28,293 bases of DNA from Minisyncoccota bacterium (lineage in GTDB: Bacteria > Patescibacteriota > Minisyncoccia > Phycocordibacterales > UBA9973), in NCBI GenBank assembly GCA_035905735.1, contig JAMIGL010000023.1, positions 1-28,293 on the forward strand, given 5' to 3'. Under the pieces are notes generated by a model. It worked only from the letters and a program-made list of their open reading frames with translations, made no database searches and was not told the DNA's origin. This document shows, one piece after another, positions 17,243 to 26,538 of the stretch; the first letter of the stretch is position 1; every line of letters begins with the position of its first letter. The translations under genes were made by a program, and so were the position numbers.

Positions 17243-19188
17243 ACCAATGCGTAGTCAATGAGTCGTCGATCGAGATCGGTCGACATCACTTTAAAGCGAA
17301 TACTATCTCCAATACGAAAACTCTTGCCTGTCCGACGACCAATAATCGCAAGCTCGCGGTCGTTGTACTCAAAGAAGTCATTGCCAAGATCGCGCATGCG
17401 AACCATACCTTCACATTTGGTTTCCTTGTCCTCAACAAAAATACCGTTTGGTGAAATACCGGTCACAACACCATCAAACACCTGTCCGATGCGATCACTC
17501 ATGTACTCAACCTGCTTGTATTTGATCGATGCACGCTCTGCATCCGCTGCTTCCTTTTCACGGGTCGATGAATGCAGACAAACCTTGTCATAGTACTCCC
17601 ACATTTCTTTGGGGATCTTGTGATGCTCGAGATATGCCTCAAGCAATCGATGTACGATAAGGTCAGGATATCGACGAATCGGGGACGTGAAATGTGTGTA
17701 GTACTTGAATGCGAGACCGTAGTGACCGATGTTTTTGGTCGAATAGATCGCCTTCATCATAGAGCGCACGATAGCGGTCTGAATGGTTTCTTTTTCAGGC
17801 TTGCCCTCGAGTGACTGGACGAGCTTGTTGAGCTCCTTTGACGGAATGACACCGTTTTCATCAACCTTTACGTTGTAGCCGACACGCTTGAGAAACATGT
17901 GCAGATCATCCATGCGATCAGCATCAGGCGCATCATGAATGCGGTAGACAAAGACCTCATCCGCATGACTCTCACGTGTCGCAATATGCTCAGCAACCTT
18001 TCGGTTTGCGAGCAACATCAACTCCTCAATCATGTGATGTGTCTCTCCGCGTGTTTTCTTGTAGACCCCGATTGGGTGACCAGTCTCATCGAGCTTGAAT
18101 TTCACTTCTTGGGTATCAAGTGAGATCGCACCGTTTTGGAAACGTTCTTGTTCTAAATATTTTGATACGGCAAGTGCTGCTTGGAGCTCCTTGAGATACG
18201 GACCGTTTTTGGTATCGAGCACCTGCTGTGCACTTTCGTAGCTGTAGCGCTGCTTGGAATGAATGACAGTCTTGCCAAACCATTCACTTACAATCTTCAT
18301 CTGTGGTGTGAAAATAAATACTGCAGAGAATGTGAGGCGATCAACGTTTGGATTCAAACTACAGAGATCGTTTGAAAGCGTCTCAGGAAGCATCGGGATC
18401 GTGCGATCCACGAGATAGACCGATGTAGCACGCTCTGCCGCCTCCACATCAATAGCATCCTTGGGACGAACATAGTGCGACACATCAGCGATATGAATAC
18501 CAATCTCCGTGTTGCCATCCGGAAGAAATGTCACCGAGATAGCGTCATCAAAGTCTTTTGCATCCTCAGGGTCGATAGTGAACACTACCTGATCTCGGAA
18601 GTCACGGCGACTCGCCTTGTCTGCATCAGGAATACCGCGAGCACTGATGGCTTCAGCCTCCTTCCACACGGCATCGGGGTATTTGTTGTCAAAGCCTTTC
18701 TCCAGTGCAAGCGAGAGCATCTCGGCATTGTTCTCAAACGGCTTGCCGAGTACACGAACAATCTCACCCACTGGTTCTTTCATCGGATCCTGCCAACCAG
18801 AAATGCGGCAAAACACTTTGTCACCCTGCTTTGCTTCACCCACCTTGTCTTCTGGAATAAAAATACTGGTATACATGCGACCATCACTTGTCGCAAGGCA
18901 GTGGTTGCCATTTTGGAATGTGAGCGTGCCGCTATAGCCGCTTTTTGCGCGACGGACGATATCTACAACCTTGCCGGTCGGATTCATATCGGAAAGTATC
19001 GTGACTATTTCTGCAGACACGACATCCCCATGAAATGCACGGTTGAGTGCTTCGCGAGGGATTTCGATGGTAACACCCAGATCACGGAGCTTCACATAGC
19101 CGATACCTTTTGGAGAAATATTGATGACACCTTCAAATTGCGCACCTCCTTTGAGTACCGAAAGATCTGGTTGTGGTTTGTTTTTCAT
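17239..19188 (-). CDS. rnr: Ribonuclease R (cold-shock domains, RNB domain, S1 domain)
   Basis: FTIDPEDAKDFDDA active site, IEELMLLAN, HFTSPIRRYPDLIVHR and a C-terminal S1 domain. Confidence 0.95.
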   Translation of the reverse strand: MKNKPQPDLSVLKGGAQFEGVINISPKGIGYVKLRDLGVTIEIPREALNRAFHGDVVSAEIVTILSDMNPTGKVVDIVRRAKSGYSGTLTFQNGNHCLATSDGRMYTSIFIPEDKVGEAKQGDKVFCRISGWQDPMKEPVGEIVRVLGKPFENNAEMLSLALEKGFDNKYPDAVWKEAEAISARGIPDADKASRRDFRDQVVFTIDPEDAKDFDDAISVTFLPDGNTEIGIHIADVSHYVRPKDAIDVEAAERATSVYLVDRTIPMLPETLSNDLCSLNPNVDRLTFSAVFIFTPQMKIVSEWFGKTVIHSKQRYSYESAQQVLDTKNGPYLKELQAALAVSKYLEQERFQNGAISLDTQEVKFKLDETGHPIGVYKKTRGETHHMIEELMLLANRKVAEHIATRESHADEVFVYRIHDAPDADRMDDLHMFLKRVGYNVKVDENGVIPSKELNKLVQSLEGKPEKETIQTAIVRSMMKAIYSTKNIGHYGLAFKYYTHFTSPIRRYPDLIVHRLLEAYLEHHKIPKEMWEYYDKVCLHSSTREKEAADAERASIKYKQVEYMSDRIGQVFDGVVTGISPNGIFVEDKETKCEGMVRMRDLGNDFFEYNDRELAIIGRRTGKSFRIGDSIRFKVMSTDLDRRLIDYALV

Positions 19189-19189
19189 G

Positions 19190-19262
19190 AGCCACCTCCG
19201 AGAATCGAACTCGGGACCTACGGTTTACGATACCGTTGCTCTACCAGATGAGCTAAGGTGGC
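19190..19262 (-). tRNA. tRNA-Thr(CGU), CCA not encoded
   Basis: Cloverleaf GCCACCU/AGGUGGC; D arm GCUC/GAGC; anticodon arm ACGGU-AUCGUAA-ACCGU; T arm CCGAG-UUCGAUU-CUCGG; discriminator U. Confidence 0.96.
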
Positions 19263-19290
19263 TGTTACTATGTGATATATACCAATTATA

Positions 19291-19328
19291 CCCTATCCAG
19301 CTCTCATCAATGCTACAGCTGGATAAGG
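19291..19328 (-). terminator. 12-bp hairpin after the giant surface-protein gene; TATAAT (19285-19290) of the tRNA promoter follows immediately
   Basis: CCUUAUCCAGCU/AGCUGGAUAGGG pairing; no clear U-tract. Confidence 0.45.
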
Positions 19329-19393
19329 TGGCTTTGTCACTACTGAATATGTGTATCCTACAGTATTTTAGGAGATTTTGAAATAGAGTTCAC

Positions 19394-22300
19394 CTACCGA
19401 CCCTCTATAACCTTCCTCGTCACCGGCCCCAGATTCCCTGTACTTCTGATGCTGTTTGCGAGTTGGAGCTTTCTGAGTGCAGCTTTGGTCGCAAGCCCGA
19501 AGTATGCTGTTTCATTGCCTGGTGAGCCTGGACCAGCAGGTGCGATGATGAAGCCGTTGGTATTGAGATAGCGTTGGAGTGTGGTGACATCAGGGCCGGT
19601 CATACCAGGATAGAGATCACGGGTGAATGAGGTGGGTGTAGAAGGAATAGTTGGGGCAGATGATGGACATGGTGCACCGGTGTTGGAGTTGAAGCGGTGG
19701 CCAGGAGCACAGGAAGGAATAGTTGTCCGAGGAGCAATGAACCCGACAACTGTTTGCTGTGGAGGAGTTGATGGAGGGAGAGAGGGTTCGGTGGGAGTCG
19801 CAACACTGAACGAGATCGTGTAGTCAGTCGCATTGGTGTTTGCTTGCGCGTCGGCGCACTTCACATAATATAAGTATGACGTGCCGTTAGTGAGGCCAGT
19901 GACGGATGAAGAATGTGTCGTGTTTGCAGTCGTTGAAAAGGAGGTCATAGAGCCGTACGCGGTTGCGGCAGACGTGCTGTATTTGCACGTTGCAGTTTCA
20001 TTCGTTGAAAGCGAGATGTTGGTGCCGGTGGTGCCAAATACGAGAGTGCCTGACGGTACCCCTGCTGAACGCACCGGTGCCGTATTGTCGACGGTGACGC
20101 TGAAGGATGAAGCGGTTGCAGTGTTCCCTGCCGCGTCGCGAACAACCGCACTCAAGGTATATGCACCATCTGAAACAGTGGTACTGTCCCAGGCGATGCC
20201 GTAGGGTGACGTGGTGTCCTCGGACTGAAGGTTTGAACCGTCGAGTTTAAATTGGACACCGACAACACCGATATTGTCGGAAGCGGATGCGATAATGGAG
20301 ACTGAGGAGCCTGCGACGGTTGCAGCGTTTGCGGGTGCGGTGAGGGAGACGGAAGGGTTCGTGATGTCGGGGTCGTACAGAGTTGTAGCTGTATCTAAAG
20401 AAAATTCTGCAGGAAGATCATATGTACTACTATCAAGCAGTGCTGGTTCTGGCGTTGTATAGTTTGAATATACCCCCGAACCGATCGATACGGTTATAGG
20501 TAAAGCAGCGGCAGTGCTTAGATTGACCGTTGCTGTACCACCACTAACACTGACTGAACTGATTGAAACAGCAGAGCCATTTCCCTTCACTGTTATATAG
20601 CCAGTACCAGAAAGGAGTGTTACGGGTAAATTTGTATCAGTAAAGTTCAATAGTATCGTTGTTCGAGCTGAATCATACGTCGCCGATGAGAGCTGAGGGC
20701 CGGTTCCATCGGTGCCACCATAAAAATACTTGCTGATAGCAGCCCAAAATCTATCACCGACTTTAGTAAGAGCTTCATCGGTTCTATAATGAACACCATC
20801 ATCCGTTGGAATATCATACAGAGTGGGACCCTGGATCGCATTCGTATTCGTCGCCCAGATATTTTTCTGTGCCAAGCGGATTTTATCGGCATTAGCACTT
20901 GTGGCTCCTCCATAACGGTTCCCGATCTGCGCCACCACTGTCCTGATTCCTTGGTTGGTATATACCGTATCAATGAACGTATTGAGTTGAGATTGATAGG
21001 TTGCAGTTGAATTTCCGTTTGATGCATCGGTCTCTCCCTGGATCCAGAGAATTGCTTTCGCTCCACCGACAGCAAGTATCCTACGGTACATCGAGCCAAA
21101 CAAGGTGGCTGGGTCAGAAAGATTACCGCCGGGCTGCCATTGACTTATCGCTGTCGCCCCACGAGCAGCCGGGACGAATGCAATCGGCACATTCTGGCTT
21201 GCAAGAAAACGAGTCGCTATTTGCATATAAATAGTACCGCCGATAGTTGCACCATCTGCAGGCGCATCCCTACTTACAAGATCAACCTGATTCGTATAAT
21301 CATCCAATGGATCAACCAATTCCTTCCATTGATCATCATTGCCGAACATGGTTGCTTTATAGGTAGGATTCGAATATGCCTGATTATTCGTCCCGGCCCC
21401 CATCGCATTACTCTGTCCTGCCACGATGAATATATCGCCGATACCAACATAACTCTTGCTATTTGAAATCGAAGTGTCATTCGTAAAACGCACAGTCAAT
21501 GTCCCCTGTCCTGCATTTTGGTTTAAAAGCGTTCCAGAAAATATTCCTCCGCTAGGACTTGTAACAATGGTCGCATACACTCCCCCATTCCAGGACGCTT
21601 CAATAGAAGTAGGTGTACCTCCATATGTTCCCGTAATAGCAATAGAGGCCTGATTACTTCCATTACGTTGTATTACTTGGTAAGAACTCGGAGAAATAAT
21701 ATTTATGGAAGGACTAGCGTTTAAGCTTGCGTATTCAAGTCCACTTCCCGCATTATAGAGAGTCGTTCTATCTACACTATTGAGCACACGCTTCCATACT
21801 CCTACTGCATCAATCCGGCCGTTCATGAGACTCGATATACCTTGACTTGCAGAACCCAAGGCAAAGGCGGCCGTACCATTGAATACTCCGGACGAATACG
21901 CACTAGAATTCACCGTGCCATTATTCACTTGGATATTGATCGTATTGCTGACTGAGTCATGCCAGGCGACGACGTAATACCAGGTGTTTATTGAAGGAGA
22001 ACCCAGGGCGTCGGCAAATATACTTGCACCAGAACTCCCGTCTGAACTGACAAAAAACTGAAAACGGTCATTCACTAAATTATATTGGATGAGATATTCT
22101 CGTTGATTTACTCCATTTGAATCATACTTCGAAACAACGGTTCTATTATCGGTCTTGTCTCCCATATAGACCCACCCCGAAAGAGTGAAGTCAATATCAC
22201 CCATACTAAGCCTTGCATTATCGGCAACGCTTAAATAATTACTCCCTGAAAAATTTGCAGCTGTATTAATCTTGCCTGCCGCCGAACCAACGCTTCCCGT

Positions 22301-23721
22301 ATCAGCCAGGTTGCTCCCAGTAGTACTATCAGCACGAGTACCGCTCGTCTCATTGAGATTCCAAAATCCAACAAGGCTGTTTGACAAGCCAATTGGCGTT
22401 GCAGCGCTCGTGCCTGAAGGAGTGCTCGTACCGATGCCATTAACAGCGCTTACTCTGAAATCATACGACGCACTGTTGGTAAGTCCTGTCACAGTTGCTG
22501 ATGTAGTGGTCGAAACTCCATCAGAAAAAGTAGACCAACTTGGATTACTCGTCAGCTTGTATTCAACTATATAATCACTGATCGAAGAACCTCCATTTGA
22601 GACTGGTGTCATCCATGACAGAGATGTCGTTGCGTCACCAACAATAGTAATAAGAGATGTTGGCGAACCTGAAACTGTAGGCAACGTAGGAGTTGCAGTA
22701 CTAGTACTCGATACAGCACTTGTTCCAATACTATTAATTGCCGAAACCCTAAAGTCATAACTTGCGCCATTGGTCAGACCAGTAACAACTGCAGAGGCCG
22801 TCGCACTTGTTCCATCAGAAAAGGTTGTCCAACTACTGTCTGCACTTAATTTATATTCGACAATATAGTCACTGACAGCTGAACCATACGATGAAGGAGC
22901 TGTCCATGACAATGCCACCTGTGCATTTTCCCCATTGGCAACGAGCGAAGTTGGGGAAGAAGGGGCAAATGTTTCCACTCCGTTTCCTGAATTATACAAA
23001 GACGTACGCTCACCAGCCGAAAGCACACGCTTCCATACTCCTACTGCATCAATCCGGCCATTCATAAGGGCGGATGCTCCATTATTGGCTGCTCCGATGG
23101 AAAACGAGGCTGTTCCGTCAAACACCCCTGTCGAGTGAGCACTAGAATTCACCGTGCCATTATTCACTTGGATATTGATCGTATTGCTGACTGAGTCATG
23201 CCAGGCGACGACGTAATACCAGGTGTTTATTGAAGGAGAACCCAGGGCGTCGGCATTTATGGTCGCAGTACCAGTACCTGTTCCACTAGGGCTCACATAA
23301 AACTGGAAACGATCTACAGACTGATTGTACCAAAACAAGTATTCAATCTGGCTTGTCGATGACAAATATTTTGAAGCGATAGTCCTACTAACACTTTTGT
23401 CTCCCATATAGACCCACCCCGAAAGAGTGAAATCTACATCACCTGAACTCAGGGCTGTATTATCTGAAATCGAGAGATGGTTTGATCCTGAAAATAAGGC
23501 TGCATTACTAATTTTTCCCGTCGCTGAACCAACCGAACCGGTATTGCTGAGAGTGTTTGATCCTGATATATCAGCACGAGTACCACTTGTTTCATTCAAA
23601 TTCCAAAAACCGACAAGATTGTCGGTGAGTGCCGCATGGGTTGTACTAGCTGGAACTAAAAAGAATACCCCCCCAGAATAAGTATTGCTATAAGAAACCG
23701 AAAAGGCTTAAGAAATTTCAC
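19394..23721 (-). CDS. Giant secreted surface protein (~1442 aa if the frame is restored): signal peptide - LamG - FN3 x2 - LamG - SGNH/SASA O-acetylesterase - Ig-like - FN3-like - Pro-rich linker - PG-binding domain; frameshifted at a G7 run
   Basis: The 1401-aa ORF 19394-23599 has no plausible start of its own. GTG at 23721 gives MKFLKPFRFLIAILILGG, which joins VFFLVPASTTHAALTDNLVGFWNLNETSG if one G is added. Esterase motifs are GQSN, QGE and DGVH. The C-terminus reads DLYPGMTGPDVTTLQRYL...YFGLATKAALRKLQ. Confidence 0.85.
21783..23431 (-). repeat. Intragenic direct repeats between the two LamG domains
   Basis: Identical blocks: 21900-22016 = 23139-23255 (117 bp), 21783-21820 = 23022-23059 (38 bp), 22155-22189 = 23397-23431 (35 bp). 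Confidence 0.9.
23668..23674 (-). repeat. G7 homopolymer in the signal-peptide coding region
   Basis: CCCCCCC on the plus strand; G8 would fuse the two frames. Confidence 0.9.
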
Positions 23722-23727
23722 TTATCA

Positions 23728-23736
23728 ATTTTACCA
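23728..23736 (-). promoter_or_regulatory. Extended -10 (TGg-TAAAAT) 6 nt upstream of GTG 23721 (leaderless-type)
   Basis: Minus strand reads gTGgTAAAATtgataaGTG, preceded by a T9 run. Confidence 0.7.
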
Positions 23737-23758
23737 CAAAAAAAAATAGTTGTACTCA

Positions 23759-23790
23759 TAAAAATATCCCCTGAAATGGGGATATTTTTA
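23759..23790 (-). terminator. Intrinsic terminator ending the ribosomal protein block after rplE
   Basis: TAAAAATATCCCC-tgaaat-GGGGATATTTTTA. Confidence 0.85.
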
Positions 23791-23810
23791 TTACAAAATG
23801 AGTAGTAGGT

Positions 23811-24347
23811 TTATTTCTTGAACGGAATACCGAGATGTTCAAAGAATGCGACGGCTTCTGCCTTGGTCTTTGCGGTGGTCACGATGGTGATCGCAAGTCC
23901 AAAGACATCGCGGAGGTCTTCGTCAGATGTTTCTGGAAAGATAGTGTGCTCCTTGATCCCGATAGTCATGTTACCGATAGCATCAACTGCTTTCTTGTCG
24001 ATACCACGGAAGTCCTTGGTACGAGGAAGTGCAACATGGATGAGCTTGTCGATGAAATGCTGCATGCGTGCACCACGGAGGGTGACTGCAACACCTACAG
24101 GATCCCCTTCACGAATCTTGAAGCTTGCCACTGACTGCTTTGCAGCACGGACAGTCGGACGCTGACCGGTGATACGAGCGAGACGATCCATGACCATGTT
24201 GTTGGTCTCACGATCTTTCTTCATGCGAGTACCGGTACCAGATGCGATCACGATCTTTTGGAGACGAGGTGCGGCAAGCTTGCTCTTGTATGCAAATTCC
24301 TTGAGTGCACTGACGGTTTCTTCTTGTTTTTTCTTGGTGAGTTCCAT
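23811..24347 (-). CDS. rplE: 50S ribosomal protein L5
   Basis: PRLQKIVI, ITGQRP, FKIREGDPVGVAVTLRG, PRTKDFRG, GLAITIVT. Confidence 0.97.
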   Translation of the reverse strand: MELTKKKQEETVSALKEFAYKSKLAAPRLQKIVIASGTGTRMKKDRETNNMVMDRLARITGQRPTVRAAKQSVASFKIREGDPVGVAVTLRGARMQHFIDKLIHVALPRTKDFRGIDKKAVDAIGNMTIGIKEHTIFPETSDEDLRDVFGLAITIVTTAKTKAEAVAFFEHLGIPFKK

Positions 24348-24348
24348 A

Positions 24349-24594
24349 TTATTTTACTCCTTTCTTAGATTTCTTTTCATCAGCAAGCTTCACGTTTGAT
24401 GCGTGGATTGATGCCTCGACTTCAACGATTGAACCTTTCTCAGACTTACTGCGAGCTTTGACATGGTGCTTGACCTTGCCGACACCACCGATGATGACGC
24501 GCTCTTTTTCGCGAAGCACTTTCACAAGGGCACCTTTCTCACCTTTGTGCTTGCCAGCGATCACTATTACGTTGTCTCCTTTTTTGAGTTTCAT
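24349..24594 (-). CDS. rplX: 50S ribosomal protein L24
   Basis: MKLKKGDNVIVIAGKHKG KOW motif and EASIHASNV. Confidence 0.96.
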   Translation of the reverse strand: MKLKKGDNVIVIAGKHKGEKGALVKVLREKERVIIGGVGKVKHHVKARSKSEKGSIVEVEASIHASNVKLADEKKSKKGVK

Positions 24595-24602
24595 ATATGT
24601 AT

Positions 24603-24974
24603 TTAAATTACTTCAGGGGCAAGTGAGGTGATCTTTTGATATCCGAGCTCACCTATCTCGCGAGGGATTGGACCAAAGATGCGACCTGCTTTTGGCTCTT
24701 TTTTACCCTTTTCGAGGATGACCACCGCATTGTCATCAAAGCGGATGTATGAGCCGTCCTTGCGGCGGAATGCCTTGGTCTGACGAACAACTACTGCATA
24801 GCAGACGTCTTTCTTTTTGATGTTCTTGCGAGGTTCTGCGACCTGCACTGAGAGCACCACAGTATCTCCGATAGCTGCATAGCGCTTGCGTGAACCGCCG
24901 AGCACCTTGAAGACCTTACCGATTTTACCGCCGGCGTTGTCTGTGATTTTAACGATTGATCCTGGTTGCAACAT
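24603..24974 (-). CDS. rplN: 50S ribosomal protein L14
   Basis: DNAGGK, AVVVRQ, DGSYIRFDDNAVVI, RIFGPIPRE, KITSLAPEVI. Confidence 0.98.
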   Translation of the reverse strand: MLQPGSIVKITDNAGGKIGKVFKVLGGSRKRYAAIGDTVVLSVQVAEPRKNIKKKDVCYAVVVRQTKAFRRKDGSYIRFDDNAVVILEKGKKEPKAGRIFGPIPREIGELGYQKITSLAPEVI

Positions 24975-24978
24975 AGTA

Positions 24979-25218
24979 TTATTTTACGATAGTAAAGCGC
25001 TTGTCCTTTGAAAGCGGACGAACCTCTTTGATAGACACTTCAGCACCGACAACTGCTGCGTTCTCTTCATCATGCGCCTTGAACTTCTTGGTGATTTTCA
25101 AGAACTTCTTGTACTTCGGATGCTTTACAAAGCGGGTAACCGCAACAACCGCAGTCTTCTCCATTTTGTTGGAAGTGACGACGCCTTTGAGTATTTTGCT
25201 GTTGGTTTCGGTTGTCAT
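24979..25218 (-). CDS. rpsQ: 30S ribosomal protein S17 (start at MTTETN)
   Basis: [18 protein letters not shown]...HPKYKK...AHDE...RPLSKDKRF. Confidence 0.96.
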   Translation of the reverse strand: MTTETNSKILKGVVTSNKMEKTAVVAVTRFVKHPKYKKFLKITKKFKAHDEENAAVVGAEVSIKEVRPLSKDKRFTIVK

Positions 25219-25249
25219 AATAGGTGTAGGTTTCTTATAGTACTTATTT

Positions 25250-25441
25250 TTACGCGTTTGTCGAGCGGGCTTGGTTTTGCGCAGTGAGTGCCCGTGCAAT
25301 GTTCTTGCGAGTCTCACTATATGCCTTGCCGATCTTGCCTGATGCTCCCTTGACGGTCATCGCATGAAGCGATGCGCGAAGGGTTGCAATCTCGGTAGCG
25401 AGCTCAGCAGGAGTTTTGGTTGTGTAGGTAGTCTTTTTCAT
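25250..25441 (-). CDS. rpmC: 50S ribosomal protein L29 (start at MKKTTY)
   Basis: [13 protein letters not shown]...RKNIARALT; syntenic position. Confidence 0.9.
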   Translation of the reverse strand: MKKTTYTTKTPAELATEIATLRASLHAMTVKGASGKIGKAYSETRKNIARALTAQNQARSTNA

Positions 25442-25445
25442 AGGA

Positions 25446-25862
25446 TTATACTCGTTCAACAAAGCGGGTCTTGACCGGAAGCTTGGTACCAGCCTTACGA
25501 AGTGCTTCGCGTGCAGTTGGAGCATCCACACCTTCTACCTCAAAGAGGATACGGCCTGGCAATACTTCGATGGTATACCCCTGAAGTTCACCCTTACCCT
25601 TACCCATCGGCTGCTCTGCGGCTTTCTCGGTAAATGGACGATCAGGGAATACACGGATCCACATGCGACCAACCTTGGTGAGGTGACGTGATGCTGCCTT
25701 GCGGGCTGCTTCAAGCTGGTTTGAAGTGAGACGACCGAGACTTTCGACTTTGAGACCGTATGAACCAAATGATACCTGTGTACCACGAGTCTCAACACGA
25801 TCACTCATGTCGGTACGCTTCTTTTGCCACTTTCTGAATTTTACTTTCTTTGGGAATAACAT
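25446..25862 (-). CDS. rplP: 50S ribosomal protein L16 (start at MLFPKK)
   Basis: MLFPKKVKFRKWQK, NQLEAAR, WIRVFPD, MGKGKG, GRILFE. Confidence 0.97.
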   Translation of the reverse strand: MLFPKKVKFRKWQKKRTDMSDRVETRGTQVSFGSYGLKVESLGRLTSNQLEAARKAASRHLTKVGRMWIRVFPDRPFTEKAAEQPMGKGKGELQGYTIEVLPGRILFEVEGVDAPTAREALRKAGTKLPVKTRFVERV

Positions 25863-25866
25863 AAGC

Positions 25867-26535
25867 CTATTTCTTTGCGTCCTTATTAAACACCTGACCC
25901 TTGTAGATCCATACCTTGATACCGATGTCACCGTATGGCATGTGCGCACGCTCACGAGCATAGTCGATGTCAGCACGGATAGTCTGAAGCGGGATTGAGC
26001 CACGCTTGATGACTTCTGAACGAGAGATTTCCGCACCACCGAGACGGCCACCAACGTAGAACTTGGCACCCTGGATACCGCGGACAGTCATCACCTTTTC
26101 GACGAGCTGCTTCATGATACGACGGTATGGCATACGCTTTTCGAGACCTTCAGCAATCATGAATGCCACAATCTTTGCATCAGCTTCTGGATTTGCAACT
26201 TCAACGATTTCGAGTTTGATATCATCATTTACCGCAAGCTTTGCGCGCTTGAGCTGCTTGATGAGGTCGACTTTGAGCTTGGTGATACCTTCACCACTGC
26301 GACCAATGATCATACCAGGACGTGAGGTACGGATGATGATGCGCACAGCTTTCTGACTGCGCTCTATTTCAACACTTGAGACATAGTATCCACGGAGACG
26401 CTTTTCGAGGTATTCGCGCACTGTCACATCAACCTTGAGGTTGTCGACAAATGCTGCATCTGTAGCAAACCAGCGTGATTTCCAATCACGGAGTGTTACG
26501 AGGCGATGTGCGTATGGATGGACTACTTTAGACAT
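25867..26535 (-). CDS. rpsC: 30S ribosomal protein S3
   Basis: KVHP, WKSRWF, RPGMIIG, GRLGGAEISR, PLQTIRADIDY, GIKVWIYKG. Confidence 0.98.
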   Translation of the reverse strand: MSKVVHPYAHRLVTLRDWKSRWFATDAAFVDNLKVDVTVREYLEKRLRGYYVSSVEIERSQKAVRIIIRTSRPGMIIGRSGEGITKLKVDLIKQLKRAKLAVNDDIKLEIVEVANPEADAKIVAFMIAEGLEKRMPYRRIMKQLVEKVMTVRGIQGAKFYVGGRLGGAEISRSEVIKRGSIPLQTIRADIDYARERAHMPYGDIGIKVWIYKGQVFNKDAKK

Positions 26536-26538
26536 ATA

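Noticed and set aside
23597-23599. TTG at 23599 as the real start of the giant protein
   Set aside because: It falls inside the first LamG repeat (the paralogous position is Leu in GFWNLNETSG) and would remove the signal peptide.
24348-24363. GGAG upstream of rplE as a Shine-Dalgarno site
   Set aside because: It is the Gly-Val codons at the end of rplX, an isolated case, and it does not match the altered 16S tail well.
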